42,800 nt of DNA from an uncultured Thermoanaerobaculia bacterium. Lineage in GTDB: Bacteria; Acidobacteriota; Thermoanaerobaculia; Multivoradales; DATKCC01. A program made the position numbers and the translations under genes. Positions within the stretch are counted from its first letter, which is position 1. Each line of letters opens with the position of its first letter. The stretch covers positions 1 through 42,800 of the forward strand of contig CAZIIB010000001.1 in assembly GCA_964539125.1 (NCBI GenBank), written 5' to 3'. Under the pieces are notes generated by a model, which worked only from the letters and a program-made list of their open reading frames with translations, was not told the origin of the DNA and searched no databases. Below, one piece after another: positions 16,856 through 25,195 of this stretch.

Positions 16856-18756
16856 CGTCTGCTCCACCCGAAGAGCTCGGCGTTGGCCCTCTTCTGGAGG
16901 CGGCCGCCCTCGACGGCGATCCGCAAGAGCCGCTCCCGGGGAGCCGGGAAGCGGGCGCTCAGGAAGAAGACGTCGGCCCGGGCGGCGGGACCGGCGATCC
17001 ACCGATGGCTCTCGCCACCGGCCAGCAGGCGCAGGTCCGAGGCAGCCGAGCGGTCGAGCCGGAGCCGGACGCGCAGGGAGATCTCCTGGCCGGGGGAGGT
17101 CGTCTCCGGGAGCCGGGCGAGGAGGTCGCCGTGGGGCGTCGCGGCAAAGACGACTCGACGGCCGGCGAGGCCGGGGTCCATTCGGTGGGGATGAAGCCAG
17201 GCGCTCACCTCCGGCCCGCGGCGCCGGAGCCAGGCCGGGGCGAAGCTCTTGGCCTTCCCTCCCGAGCTCGCCCAGCGGGCGACCGCGGCCCGGACACCGG
17301 GGCCGAGGCCTCCCCGATCGACGATCAGGGCATCGGCCTGCCGCAAGTCGTCCGCGGCGGCCGCGGCGGCCGCGGCGAGGGGCTCGTAGGCCGGAGCTCC
17401 GGGCTCTCGCCCCTCGAGATAGGTCCCTGCGACCAGCACGCGGTACGCGCGCCGCGGCGGGCGGAGGCCGTGCTCCACCCAGCCCTGGGCGAGCTCCCAG
17501 GTGGTGGGCACGGCGAGCTGGTAGACCAGGGCGGAGCTGCGGCCGGCGGGGAGTCCCACCACCAGGATCGCGCCCACGACCCCGGCGAGCCGGGCCCGGC
17601 GCCGGCGCTCCGTCCCGAGCAGCAATCGGCCGATGGCGATGCCCCCGGCCACCAGGACCACGGCGGCGAACAGGGCGGTGAAGGGGATGATCTGGAGGAA
17701 GTGATTGGCCTTGGCCCGGGGGCTGAGGGCGACGTAGACCGCGTAATAGGCCACCGGGTACGACAGCACCATCCACCAGCCCAGGCGCTGCCCGGCGCTC
17801 CCGCGGCGGCGCAGCGTCCAGACGAGCAGCACCGCCGCACCCAGGACGGCGAAAGCCCCGATCAACGGGCCGAGAAAGTCGGCGTCGAACGGGTACCGGA
17901 CGATCTTCGCCAACACGTCGAGCGGCCCGCCGGTGGCGGTCTGTCGGTAGTGGAGCTCGTTCCTCCGCAGCGCACGGAGGATCTGCGCGATGTGAGGGTT
18001 GAAGAGCCAGAAGGTCGCGAAGCTGGCCACCCCGGCGAGGGCGAGGCCGAGCCATCGGGCCGTCTCGCGCCAGCGCAGGAGCGTGGCGAGGACCAGCGGC
18101 AGGGCGACGACCAGCCCGTTGAGCTTGGCGCCGGTGGCGAGGCCGACGCCGACTCCGGCGAGGAGGTAGCGGCCGGCGTGGGCCGGGCGGCTGGCCGCCC
18201 ACCATCCGGCGAGGAGCGCCAGGAGCGTCGCCGCCAGCAGCTCCACGTCGGGCTTGAAGATTGCGCCGGCGTGGACCGTTCGGGGGCTGGCGGCCAGCAG
18301 ACCGGCGGCGAGGAGGCCGACCCCCGGTGACGCGAGGCGCCGCGCCAGGGAGAAGAGAAGAAGGGTCGCGCCGGCCCCCACGAGCGCCTGCGAGACCCGG
18401 ATCCAGTGGTACCCGAGCCTCGTCAGCCGCCCGTGGGCGTCGAGAACGGCGAGGGCCCGCCAGCCGGTCAGGTCGTGCGCACGCCTCGCCAGGGCCAGGA
18501 CCAGCGTCTGGGGGACGTAGGAGACGCCGCCGTAGTACCCGTTGGCCGGCGTCCAGCCCTGGTCGCGGAGGAGGGCCTGGATGTTGTGGACGTTGAACCG
18601 CTCGTCCCACCAGCGCCCGGCGTTGGGCTCGGGCCAGCCGAGCCAGAGGGAGAGGGCGAGCTGGAAGGCGAGGATCCCGGCGAGCCCCCAGCGGATCGGC
18701 CGGTCGGGGACGCCCGGGGTGAGAGACTCACGAACGGCGGGGAGGAGTACGGGCAT
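16852..18756 (-). CDS. GT-C fold membrane glycosyltransferase, GT39/ArnT/PMT_2-like, with C-terminal soluble domain
   Basis: 634 aa. First-loop acidic motif WWDERF. About 11 TM segments in the pattern of lipid-carrier-dependent glycosyltransferases. C-terminal ~200 aa are non-membrane. Translationally coupled to the downstream AP-superfamily gene. Confidence 0.8.
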   Translation of the reverse strand: MPVLLPAVRESLTPGVPDRPIRWGLAGILAFQLALSLWLGWPEPNAGRWWDERFNVHNIQALLRDQGWTPANGYYGGVSYVPQTLVLALARRAHDLTGWRALAVLDAHGRLTRLGYHWIRVSQALVGAGATLLLFSLARRLASPGVGLLAAGLLAASPRTVHAGAIFKPDVELLAATLLALLAGWWAASRPAHAGRYLLAGVGVGLATGAKLNGLVVALPLVLATLLRWRETARWLGLALAGVASFATFWLFNPHIAQILRALRRNELHYRQTATGGPLDVLAKIVRYPFDADFLGPLIGAFAVLGAAVLLVWTLRRRGSAGQRLGWWMVLSYPVAYYAVYVALSPRAKANHFLQIIPFTALFAAVVLVAGGIAIGRLLLGTERRRRARLAGVVGAILVVGLPAGRSSALVYQLAVPTTWELAQGWVEHGLRPPRRAYRVLVAGTYLEGREPGAPAYEPLAAAAAAAADDLRQADALIVDRGGLGPGVRAAVARWASSGGKAKSFAPAWLRRRGPEVSAWLHPHRMDPGLAGRRVVFAATPHGDLLARLPETTSPGQEISLRVRLRLDRSAASDLRLLAGGESHRWIAGPAARADVFFLSARFPAPRERLLRIAVEGGRLQKRANAELFGWSRR

Positions 18757-18923
18757 GGACAGCGGTTCAGACGGCGCGTGCAGGAGGGCTCCCGGGACCC
18801 GCGCAGTCTACCCCGTGCGCGTCGCGGCGTCGTCCCATGGGCTCGTGGAGGCCGGGCGCTGGCGCGACGCCGGGCGGAGTCGGTAGGCTCTCGCCGAGCG
18901 GGCCCGAAGGCCGGGCGCCGGCC

Positions 18924-18949
18924 GAGCCTCGCCGGGGAAGTCGAGGCTC
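18924..18949 (+). promoter_or_regulatory. 8-bp perfect inverted repeat (hairpin or operator) in the divergent GT39 / MBOAT control region
   Basis: GAGCCTCG (18924-18931), 10 nt, CGAGGCTC (18942-18949), 39 nt upstream of the MBOAT ATG. Confidence 0.3.
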
Positions 18950-18987
18950 TCCGGAGGTATCTTCACTTCGAGGCGGAGCTTCAGTAG

Positions 18988-20451
18988 ATGGTCTTCTCGT
19001 CCCACCTCTTCGTCTTCTACTTCCTGCCGGCGGCGCTGCTCGCCTACTACCTGTCGCCCCGCCGGCTCCGCCACCTCGCGCTGACCGGGCTCAGCTACCT
19101 CTTCTACGGCTGGGCGAACCCGGCCTTCATGGCTCTGATGCTCGCCTCGACGGGGATCGACTACGTCTGCGGCCTGGTCGTGGCCGGGGTCGCGCCCCGG
19201 GGGCCCGGGCGCCTCGCGCCCGCGGCCCCGCTCGATCCGGCGGGTCCCCGGAGCCGGCGGCAGCGCGCGGCGGTGGCCGTCTCGGTGGTGAGCAACCTCT
19301 CCCTGCTCGGCTTCTTCAAGTACTTCGACTTCGCGGTGGAGAGCTACGACGCCCTGCTCCAGGCCGTGGGGCTCTCCGGCGTCGGCGTCGAGAGCGCCTT
19401 GCGGGTCACCCTGCCGCTCGGCATCAGCTTCTACACCTTCCAGTCCATGAGCTACAGCATCGACGTCTACCGCGGCCGTGCCACGGCCCTCCGGAACCCG
19501 GTGGACTTCGCGTGCTTCGTCTCCCTCTTCCCGCAGCTCGTCGCCGGCCCCATCCTCCGGTTCTCGGAGGTCGCGGAGCAGCTCCAGCACCGCCGCCACA
19601 CGACGGCGAAATTCGCTCGCGGTATCGCCTTCTTCAGTCTCGGCATGGCCAAGAAGATCCTGCTCGCCGACCCGTGCGGGCGGCTCGCCGACGCCGCCTT
19701 CGGCGCGGGCTCGATCGCCGCCGGCGACGCCTGGTTCGGGGTGGGCGCCTACGCGCTCCAGATCTACTTCGACTTCTCGGGCTACTCGGACATGGCCATC
19801 GGACTGGGGCTCATGCTGGGGTTCGTCTTTCCCAAGAACTTCGACTCGCCCTACAAGGCCGACTCACTCACCGACTTCTGGCGCCGCTGGCACCTCTCGC
19901 TCTCCACCTGGCTGCGCGATTACCTCTACATCCCGCTGGGAGGCAACCGCCGGGGCCGGGCGCGGACCTACGTCAACCTGTTCGCGGTCATGCTCCTGGG
20001 CGGCCTGTGGCACGGCGCGTCCTGGAACTTCGTCATCTGGGGCGCCCTCCACGGCGGCGGCCTGGCCGCCGAGCGGGCCCTGGGCAAGAAGCCGCTCTAC
20101 GCGGCCCTGCCCCGCCCCGTGCGGGTGGCGCTGACCTTCCTGCTGGTCCTGGTGGGCTGGGTCTTCTTCCGCGCCCGGGATCTGGGCGCGGCCGGCCGAT
20201 ACCTGGCCGCGATGGCCGGCCTGGGCGAGCCGGGTCCGGGGGCTGCCCTCCTTCCCGGCATGCTCTACCGGCCGTACGATCTCGCCGTATTCGCCGCCGG
20301 GGCGTTGATCGCCTTCACCGGTCCCCAGACCTGGGACTGGACTCGCCGGCTGTCCTGGCCCCGGGCCCTGATCTGCCTGGGACTGCTCTGGCTCGCCCTG
20401 GCGACCCTGGAAACCGAAGGGTACAGCCCCTTCATCTACTTCATCTTCTGA
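18988..20451 (+). CDS. MBOAT-family membrane O-acyltransferase (AlgI/DltB/PatA-like)
   Basis: 487 aa polytopic protein. Motifs FWRRWHLSLSTWLRDYLYIPLGGNRRG and LLGGLWHGASWNFVIWGALHG (conserved His codon 20011-20013). Confidence 0.92.
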   Translation: MVFSSHLFVFYFLPAALLAYYLSPRRLRHLALTGLSYLFYGWANPAFMALMLASTGIDYVCGLVVAGVAPRGPGRLAPAAPLDPAGPRSRRQRAAVAVSVVSNLSLLGFFKYFDFAVESYDALLQAVGLSGVGVESALRVTLPLGISFYTFQSMSYSIDVYRGRATALRNPVDFACFVSLFPQLVAGPILRFSEVAEQLQHRRHTTAKFARGIAFFSLGMAKKILLADPCGRLADAAFGAGSIAAGDAWFGVGAYALQIYFDFSGYSDMAIGLGLMLGFVFPKNFDSPYKADSLTDFWRRWHLSLSTWLRDYLYIPLGGNRRGRARTYVNLFAVMLLGGLWHGASWNFVIWGALHGGGLAAERALGKKPLYAALPRPVRVALTFLLVLVGWVFFRARDLGAAGRYLAAMAGLGEPGPGAALLPGMLYRPYDLAVFAAGALIAFTGPQTWDWTRRLSWPRALICLGLLWLALATLETEGYSPFIYFIF

Positions 20452-20455
20452 GGCC

Positions 20456-23400
20456 ATGAACCGCGAACCCACCCCGGCCTACGAGCCCTGGACTCCCTCC
20501 GGACGCGAGGCACAGGCCCTGCGCGAGGTGGGCCGGACGACCGTGTCCCGGCGGCTGGCCGGGCTCCTGGTGGGGGTCTTCCTGCTCACCGTGGGGGGCG
20601 TGACGGTGGTGGAGCAGGTGGAGATCGGGCGCTCGGGCGGCGGTCTCTGGCCGGACCTCGGCGGGCTGGGAGGCCGGTTCGAGCGCGCCCTCCTCGACGC
20701 CGGTCCCCTCGCCGCAAACCGGGTGCTCCTGGCCGCGATCGACGCCTTCGAGGGCCGCCTTGACGAGCGCTCGATTCTGGTCCAGCGGGTGGTCCCCTAT
20801 GCCCAGTGGGCCGAGACCGCCGTGCTCGGGGCGGGCAACCGGCGGGCGTGGACGGGCCGCGACGGCTGGCTGTTCTACCGGCCGGACGTCACCTATGTCA
20901 CCGGTCCCGGGTTCACCACGCCGGCGGCGCTCGCGGCGCGCCGGGAGGCCGAGCCCTCCTGGCGCGCGCCCGTGCGGCCGGACCCGCGGCCCGCGATCCT
21001 CGATCTGGCGCGCCGGCTGCGCTCCCGGGGGATCACCCTGGTGGTGATGCCCACGCCGGTCAAGCCGGTGGTGCATCCGGGGCGGTTCGCCCGGCGGGCG
21101 GAAGGCCTCACGCCGCCGGTCCAGAATCCCTCGTTCGCGGGCTTCGTCCGGGACCTCACCGCGGGAGGGGTCGAGGTCTTCGATCCGGCGCCGCTCCTCG
21201 CACGGGCCGCGCGAACGACCGGCGAGCCCCAGTTCCTGGCCGGCGACACCCACTGGACGCCTGCCGCGATGGAGCGTGTGGCCCACGGCCTGGGAGACCT
21301 CCTGGGGGGCCTCCTGGGGCCGCCCTCCGAGCCGGTCGCGTACCAGCGCCGGCGGGCCCGCGTCGCCGGCGAGGGAGATCTCGTCCGCATGCTCCGGCTG
21401 CCCGCGGGCGCCGGGGTCTTCACCCCCCAAGAGGTCGAGATCTCGCCGGTCCTGGACCCGGCCGGGGCGCCCTGGCGGCCCGACCCGCGGGCCGAGGTCC
21501 TGCTGCTCGGTGACAGCTTCACCAACGTCTACTCCCAGGCGGAGCTCGGCTGGGGCCAGGGCGCCGGCCTGGCCGAGCAGCTCAGCGTGGAGCTCCAGCG
21601 CCCGGTGGACCGGATCGCGGTCAACGCCGGCGGCGCCCGGGTCGGCCGCGAGCGCCTCGCCCGGCTCCTGACCGCGGGGGGAGATCGGGTGCGCGCCAAG
21701 CGGGTGGTGGTCTACCAGCTCGCCGTGCGAGAGCTGGCCGCCGGTGACTGGCGTCCGGCGCCCTCCCCGGCACCCGAGGAGGCCGCCGCCCCGGGCGCCG
21801 AGGCGGAACGGGCGCTGCTCGGCGACGGCTTCGTGGTCTGGGAGTCGAACCGCGGTGGTGACTGGCGCATCTGGCAGGTCCGCCTCGACGGCACCGGCCT
21901 GCGCCGGCTCAGCCCCGACGAGCCCGGCCGCCAGCACTGCTGCCCCCACCTGTCGCCGGACGGCAAGCGGATGGTCTATCTGAGCCGGTCCGGGAGCCGA
22001 ACCGAGTATCCCGAGGGGCCGGCCCCGGGAGCGCTGCGCCTGGTCCACTTGGACGACCGCTCGGAGGAGACCCTGGTGGAGGCGGCCCGGACCTACGGCT
22101 GGGGCGACCGCGCGGCGGTCTGGAAGAGCGACGACGAGCTGATCTACATCGACGGCGACGGCCGGACGGTCCTTCTGGACCTGGAGACCGGGGTCTCGCG
22201 GCCGTTGACCGCCGAGCCGCGGGGCGAGCTCGCCTGGCTGATCGACCCTACGTTGCGCCACGCGACCACCGGCGCCCCCAGCTTCTCCCTCTACGACGCC
22301 GCGCACCGCCGGGTCCTCGAGCGGCGGGAGCTGGGCGGCTGCGAGCCCTACTTCTCCCAAGACGGCCGCTGGGGCGTCTACATCGCCGGGGCCGGCGGGC
22401 CGATCGACAAGATGGACCTGGCGTCACGCGAGACCTCCATCCTCCTGCGGAAGAACGATCCCCGGCTGAGCACCAAGGGGTATCTCTACTTCCCCATGCT
22501 CTCCCGGGACGGGGGTGCTCTGGCTTTCGGCGCCTCGGCCGGCGAGCACAACCACTTCACGGCCGACTATGACGTCTTCGTGGTGCCGACCGACCCCGAG
22601 ACGCTGGAGATCCTCGGCCCGCCGGTGAGGATCACCCGAAACCCCGCGACCGACCGCTACCCCGACGTCCACCTCGCCTCGCCGCGTCCGCGACGTCCTC
22701 GCGGCGAGGCGCCCTCGCCCGTTCGGGCGGCGCCTGCACCTTCCGGGGAGCCACAGCTCTGGCCCGCGGCCCGCGACTCCCTGGTCTTTCTCTGGCAGAC
22801 CGGCGACAGCCCGAACCTGGTCTTCGACCCGGCGATCGGCGCCGAGCGCTCCGTGAACCTGAAGGCCCAGGGGCGGGCCCACCTCGACCACGACTACGCC
22901 ATGGCGCTCGCCGGCGGAGCGTACGTGGCGCCCCCGGACGCGGCCGAGAGGCTGCTCGCGGCGGTCAAGGCGACGAACGAGCTCACCATCGAGGCGCGGG
23001 TGACGCCGGCCGAGTCGGCGCCGGACGGTTTCCGGCCCATCGTCACGTTCTCGAGCGGTCCGGCGAAGCGCAACTTCACCCTCGCCCAGGAAGGCCGCAA
23101 CCTCGTCGTTCGGCTGCGCACCGGGAAGACCGGTGCCAACGCCGACCGGCCCCAGGTGGCGCTCTTCCCGGTCCGTCCCGGCGAGCCGGTACACGTGGTG
23201 GTGACCTACTCGCCGGGGCGCCTGGTCGCCTACCGGGACGGCGAGCGGGTCGTCGCGTCGGATGCGATTCAAGGGAGCTTCGACATGCACTGGAGCTTTC
23301 GCCGCCTGCTGTTCGGCCGGGAGTGGGGCGGCGGTGGCGACTGGGCCGGCGCCCTGGAGGGCGTCGCCCTCTACGACCGGGCGCTGGCGCCGGAGGTGGT

Positions 23401-23779
23401 CCGGGAGAGCGCACGGCGCTACCAGCGGCTGGTGGCGTCGCGCCCGCGAGTTCCGCGATGGGCACTCCGGGCGCGGCTCGTTGCGAAGTCGACGATCCCC
23501 GGCCTGAAGGAGATCTCCCCCTACCGGAGGGCCCTGGCGGTCTACGACTACCGGGTGGTGGAAGGCCCGCCCGAGCTGGCGGCGGGGACGCGTCTGCGGG
23601 TCGCCCGCTGGGTGATCCTGGACGGCGAGACCCTTGCCGCGGCCCGCGAGGCCGTCGGGAGGGTCCGGCGCCTCGAGCTCGAGTCGTTCGAGGCCAACCC
23701 GCAGCTCGACGGGGTCTACCTGTCCGACACCCTGGGGCCGGCTCCCCAGGGGCCGCTCTACTACGGCGTCGAGCCCTGA
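20456..23779 (+). CDS. Signal-anchored AlgJ/AlgX-like (DHHW/SGNH-like) acyltransferase fused to PD40/TolB-like beta-propeller, LamG/ConA-like domain and an unassigned C-terminal domain
   Basis: Starts 4 nt after the MBOAT stop. TM anchor LAGLLVGVFLLTVGGVTVV. AlgJ/AlgX motifs GDTHW (D-T-H-W at 21245-21256) and LLLGDSFTN. PD40 repeats (SPDGKRMVYLS, SQDGRWGVYIA, SRDGGALAFGA). LamG-like ELTIEARVTP...HVVVTYSPGRLVAYRDGERV. Confidence 0.8.
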   Translation: MNREPTPAYEPWTPSGREAQALREVGRTTVSRRLAGLLVGVFLLTVGGVTVVEQVEIGRSGGGLWPDLGGLGGRFERALLDAGPLAANRVLLAAIDAFEGRLDERSILVQRVVPYAQWAETAVLGAGNRRAWTGRDGWLFYRPDVTYVTGPGFTTPAALAARREAEPSWRAPVRPDPRPAILDLARRLRSRGITLVVMPTPVKPVVHPGRFARRAEGLTPPVQNPSFAGFVRDLTAGGVEVFDPAPLLARAARTTGEPQFLAGDTHWTPAAMERVAHGLGDLLGGLLGPPSEPVAYQRRRARVAGEGDLVRMLRLPAGAGVFTPQEVEISPVLDPAGAPWRPDPRAEVLLLGDSFTNVYSQAELGWGQGAGLAEQLSVELQRPVDRIAVNAGGARVGRERLARLLTAGGDRVRAKRVVVYQLAVRELAAGDWRPAPSPAPEEAAAPGAEAERALLGDGFVVWESNRGGDWRIWQVRLDGTGLRRLSPDEPGRQHCCPHLSPDGKRMVYLSRSGSRTEYPEGPAPGALRLVHLDDRSEETLVEAARTYGWGDRAAVWKSDDELIYIDGDGRTVLLDLETGVSRPLTAEPRGELAWLIDPTLRHATTGAPSFSLYDAAHRRVLERRELGGCEPYFSQDGRWGVYIAGAGGPIDKMDLASRETSILLRKNDPRLSTKGYLYFPMLSRDGGALAFGASAGEHNHFTADYDVFVVPTDPETLEILGPPVRITRNPATDRYPDVHLASPRPRRPRGEAPSPVRAAPAPSGEPQLWPAARDSLVFLWQTGDSPNLVFDPAIGAERSVNLKAQGRAHLDHDYAMALAGGAYVAPPDAAERLLAAVKATNELTIEARVTPAESAPDGFRPIVTFSSGPAKRNFTLAQEGRNLVVRLRTGKTGANADRPQVALFPVRPGEPVHVVVTYSPGRLVAYRDGERVVASDAIQGSFDMHWSFRRLLFGREWGGGGDWAGALEGVALYDRALAPEVVRESARRYQRLVASRPRVPRWALRARLVAKSTIPGLKEISPYRRALAVYDYRVVEGPPELAAGTRLRVARWVILDGETLAAAREAVGRVRRLELESFEANPQLDGVYLSDTLGPAPQGPLYYGVEP

Positions 23780-23780
23780 C

Positions 23781-23797
23781 GGCCCCTGGCCGGGGCC
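23781..23797 (+). terminator. Weak GC hairpin just after the stop of the AlgX-like gene
   Basis: GGCCCC-TGGCC-GGGGCC at 23781-23797. There is no clear U-tract. Confidence 0.25.
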
Positions 23798-23935
23798 CCG
23801 GGCCGCCTTGTTCGGACAGGCCCTTTGCGCTAGCCTGGGCCTCCGTTTCCGCGCGCCTTCCGGGCGCGACACCTACCAGGCCATACTCCGTGACTGCCGA
23901 GTCGAGTTTCCGAGCGGAGCCGAGACCTGGGAGGG

Positions 23936-23998
23936 AGCGTCCCCTTTCCCCCCAAGGGGTGGGAAGGGGATCGAGATGCGGGGGGGATCCCGTGAATC
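23936..23998 (+). repeat. REP-like palindromic intergenic element, copy A
   Basis: The hairpin TCCCCTTTCCCCCC-AA-GGGG(T)GGGAAGGGGA (23939-23969) has the same flanks as copy B at 27987-28052. These are GCGT on the 5' side, then (T/C)CGAG, GATCC and TGA(A)TCC on the 3' side. Confidence 0.6.
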
Positions 23999-24135
23999 CA
24001 GGGGTCTGGAGAAGCCTGGCCGGTGAGCGCAGGCGCGCTCAGTCGTCGTGGGCGGGGGAGCCGCGCCTCGCGAAGCCCACGGAGTGTCAGACCTCCCGTC
24101 GGTTTGAGGCGGAAGTTTTCTAGAAGGAGCCTTGC

Positions 24136-25185
24136 ATGCGAGCTCTGGTCACCGGACACCGGGGATACATCGGCGCCGTCCTCACCCCCATGCTGGCCGC
24201 CGCGGGTCACGAGGTGGTGGGTCTCGACAGCGACCTGTTCGCCGGCTGCGACTTCGGCGCCCCGCCGCCGGAGGCTCCGGTCGAGCTCCGGAAGGACTTG
24301 AGGGACCTGGAAGCCTCCGACCTCGAGGGCGTCGCCGCGGTCCTCCACCTGGCGGGCCTGTCGAACGATCCCCTGGGCGACCTGGACCCGTCGCTCACCT
24401 TGCGGATCAACGAGGAGGCCTCGATCCGCCTCGCCCGGCTCTCGCGGGCTGCCGGCGTCGAGCGCTTCGTCTTCTCCTCCTCGTGCAGCACGTACGGAGC
24501 GGCCGGAGACGAGATGCTGGACGAGGAGGCGGCCTTCAACCCGGTGACCCCCTACGCGCGATCGAAGGTGCGCATGGAGGCTGCGCTCCACGACCTCGCC
24601 GGCCCGGGCTTCAGCCCCGTCTACCTGCGCAACGCCACCGCCTGTGGCGTCTCGCCGCGCCTGCGCCTCGACCTCGTGCTCAACAACCTGGTGGGTTGGG
24701 CACACACCACCGGCCGGGTGCGTCTCCTCTCCGACGGCACGCCGTGGCGACCCCTGGTCCACGTCGAGGACATCTGTCGGGCGTTCCTCGCCGCCCTCGG
24801 CGCGCCGCGCGAGGCGATCCACGACCAGGCCTTCAATGTCGGCCGGACCGACCAGAACTTCCGCATCCGGGAGCTCGCCGAGATCGTGGCCGAGACGGTG
24901 CCCGGCTGCGAGGTGGAGGTGGCCGAGGGCGCCGGTCCCGACACCCGGACCTACCGGGTCGACTTCGGCAAGATCGAGCGGACGCTCCCGGGCTTCGAGG
25001 CGCGCTGGACCGTTCGCGACGCCGCGCGCGAGCTCTACGACGCCTACCGGGAGACCGGGCTGAGCAGCGAGGACTTCCAGGGGCCGGCGTTCAAGCGCCT
25101 GGGCCACATCCAGGGCCTCATCGACCGTGGCCTCCTGGCCGACGACCTGCGCTGGCGCCGCGCCGCCGCCCCGGCGCTCGGGTAA
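24136..25185 (+). CDS. NAD-dependent epimerase/dehydratase (extended SDR)
   Basis: 349 aa. Glycine-rich ALVTGHRGYIG, catalytic YARSK, GAAGGAG RBS upstream. Confidence 0.88.
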   Translation: MRALVTGHRGYIGAVLTPMLAAAGHEVVGLDSDLFAGCDFGAPPPEAPVELRKDLRDLEASDLEGVAAVLHLAGLSNDPLGDLDPSLTLRINEEASIRLARLSRAAGVERFVFSSSCSTYGAAGDEMLDEEAAFNPVTPYARSKVRMEAALHDLAGPGFSPVYLRNATACGVSPRLRLDLVLNNLVGWAHTTGRVRLLSDGTPWRPLVHVEDICRAFLAALGAPREAIHDQAFNVGRTDQNFRIRELAEIVAETVPGCEVEVAEGAGPDTRTYRVDFGKIERTLPGFEARWTVRDAARELYDAYRETGLSSEDFQGPAFKRLGHIQGLIDRGLLADDLRWRRAAAPALG

Positions 25186-25195
25186 CCGCTCCGCC

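Noticed and set aside
16856-18610. N-terminal 585 aa of the 1203-aa track ORF (14999-18610, minus)
   Set aside because: This part is Arg/Pro junk in an alternate frame of the GT39 gene. The real protein starts at the internal ATG 16855, with a signal peptide/lipobox and ATGA coupling to the upstream stop.
23808-23836. Possible promoter TTGTTC-17-TAGCCT upstream of the epimerase operon
   Set aside because: The -10 is weak (only the TAnnnT pattern). It would give a leader of about 290 nt. Such matches are expected by chance, so it is not listed as a feature.
20441-23872. Two long minus-strand ORFs (639 aa and 482 aa) antisense to the AlgX-like fusion gene
   Set aside because: Both are low-complexity Arg/Gly/Pro/Ala translations. 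The + strand frame has AlgJ, PD40 and LamG motifs throughout.
23634-24123. Small + strand ORFs (130 aa, and the tail of a 266-aa ORF) in the 356-bp spacer upstream of the epimerase
   Set aside because: Both are off-frame continuations of upstream coding DNA that run through the REP-like element. They have no RBS, and their Gly/Arg/Pro composition is non-protein-like.
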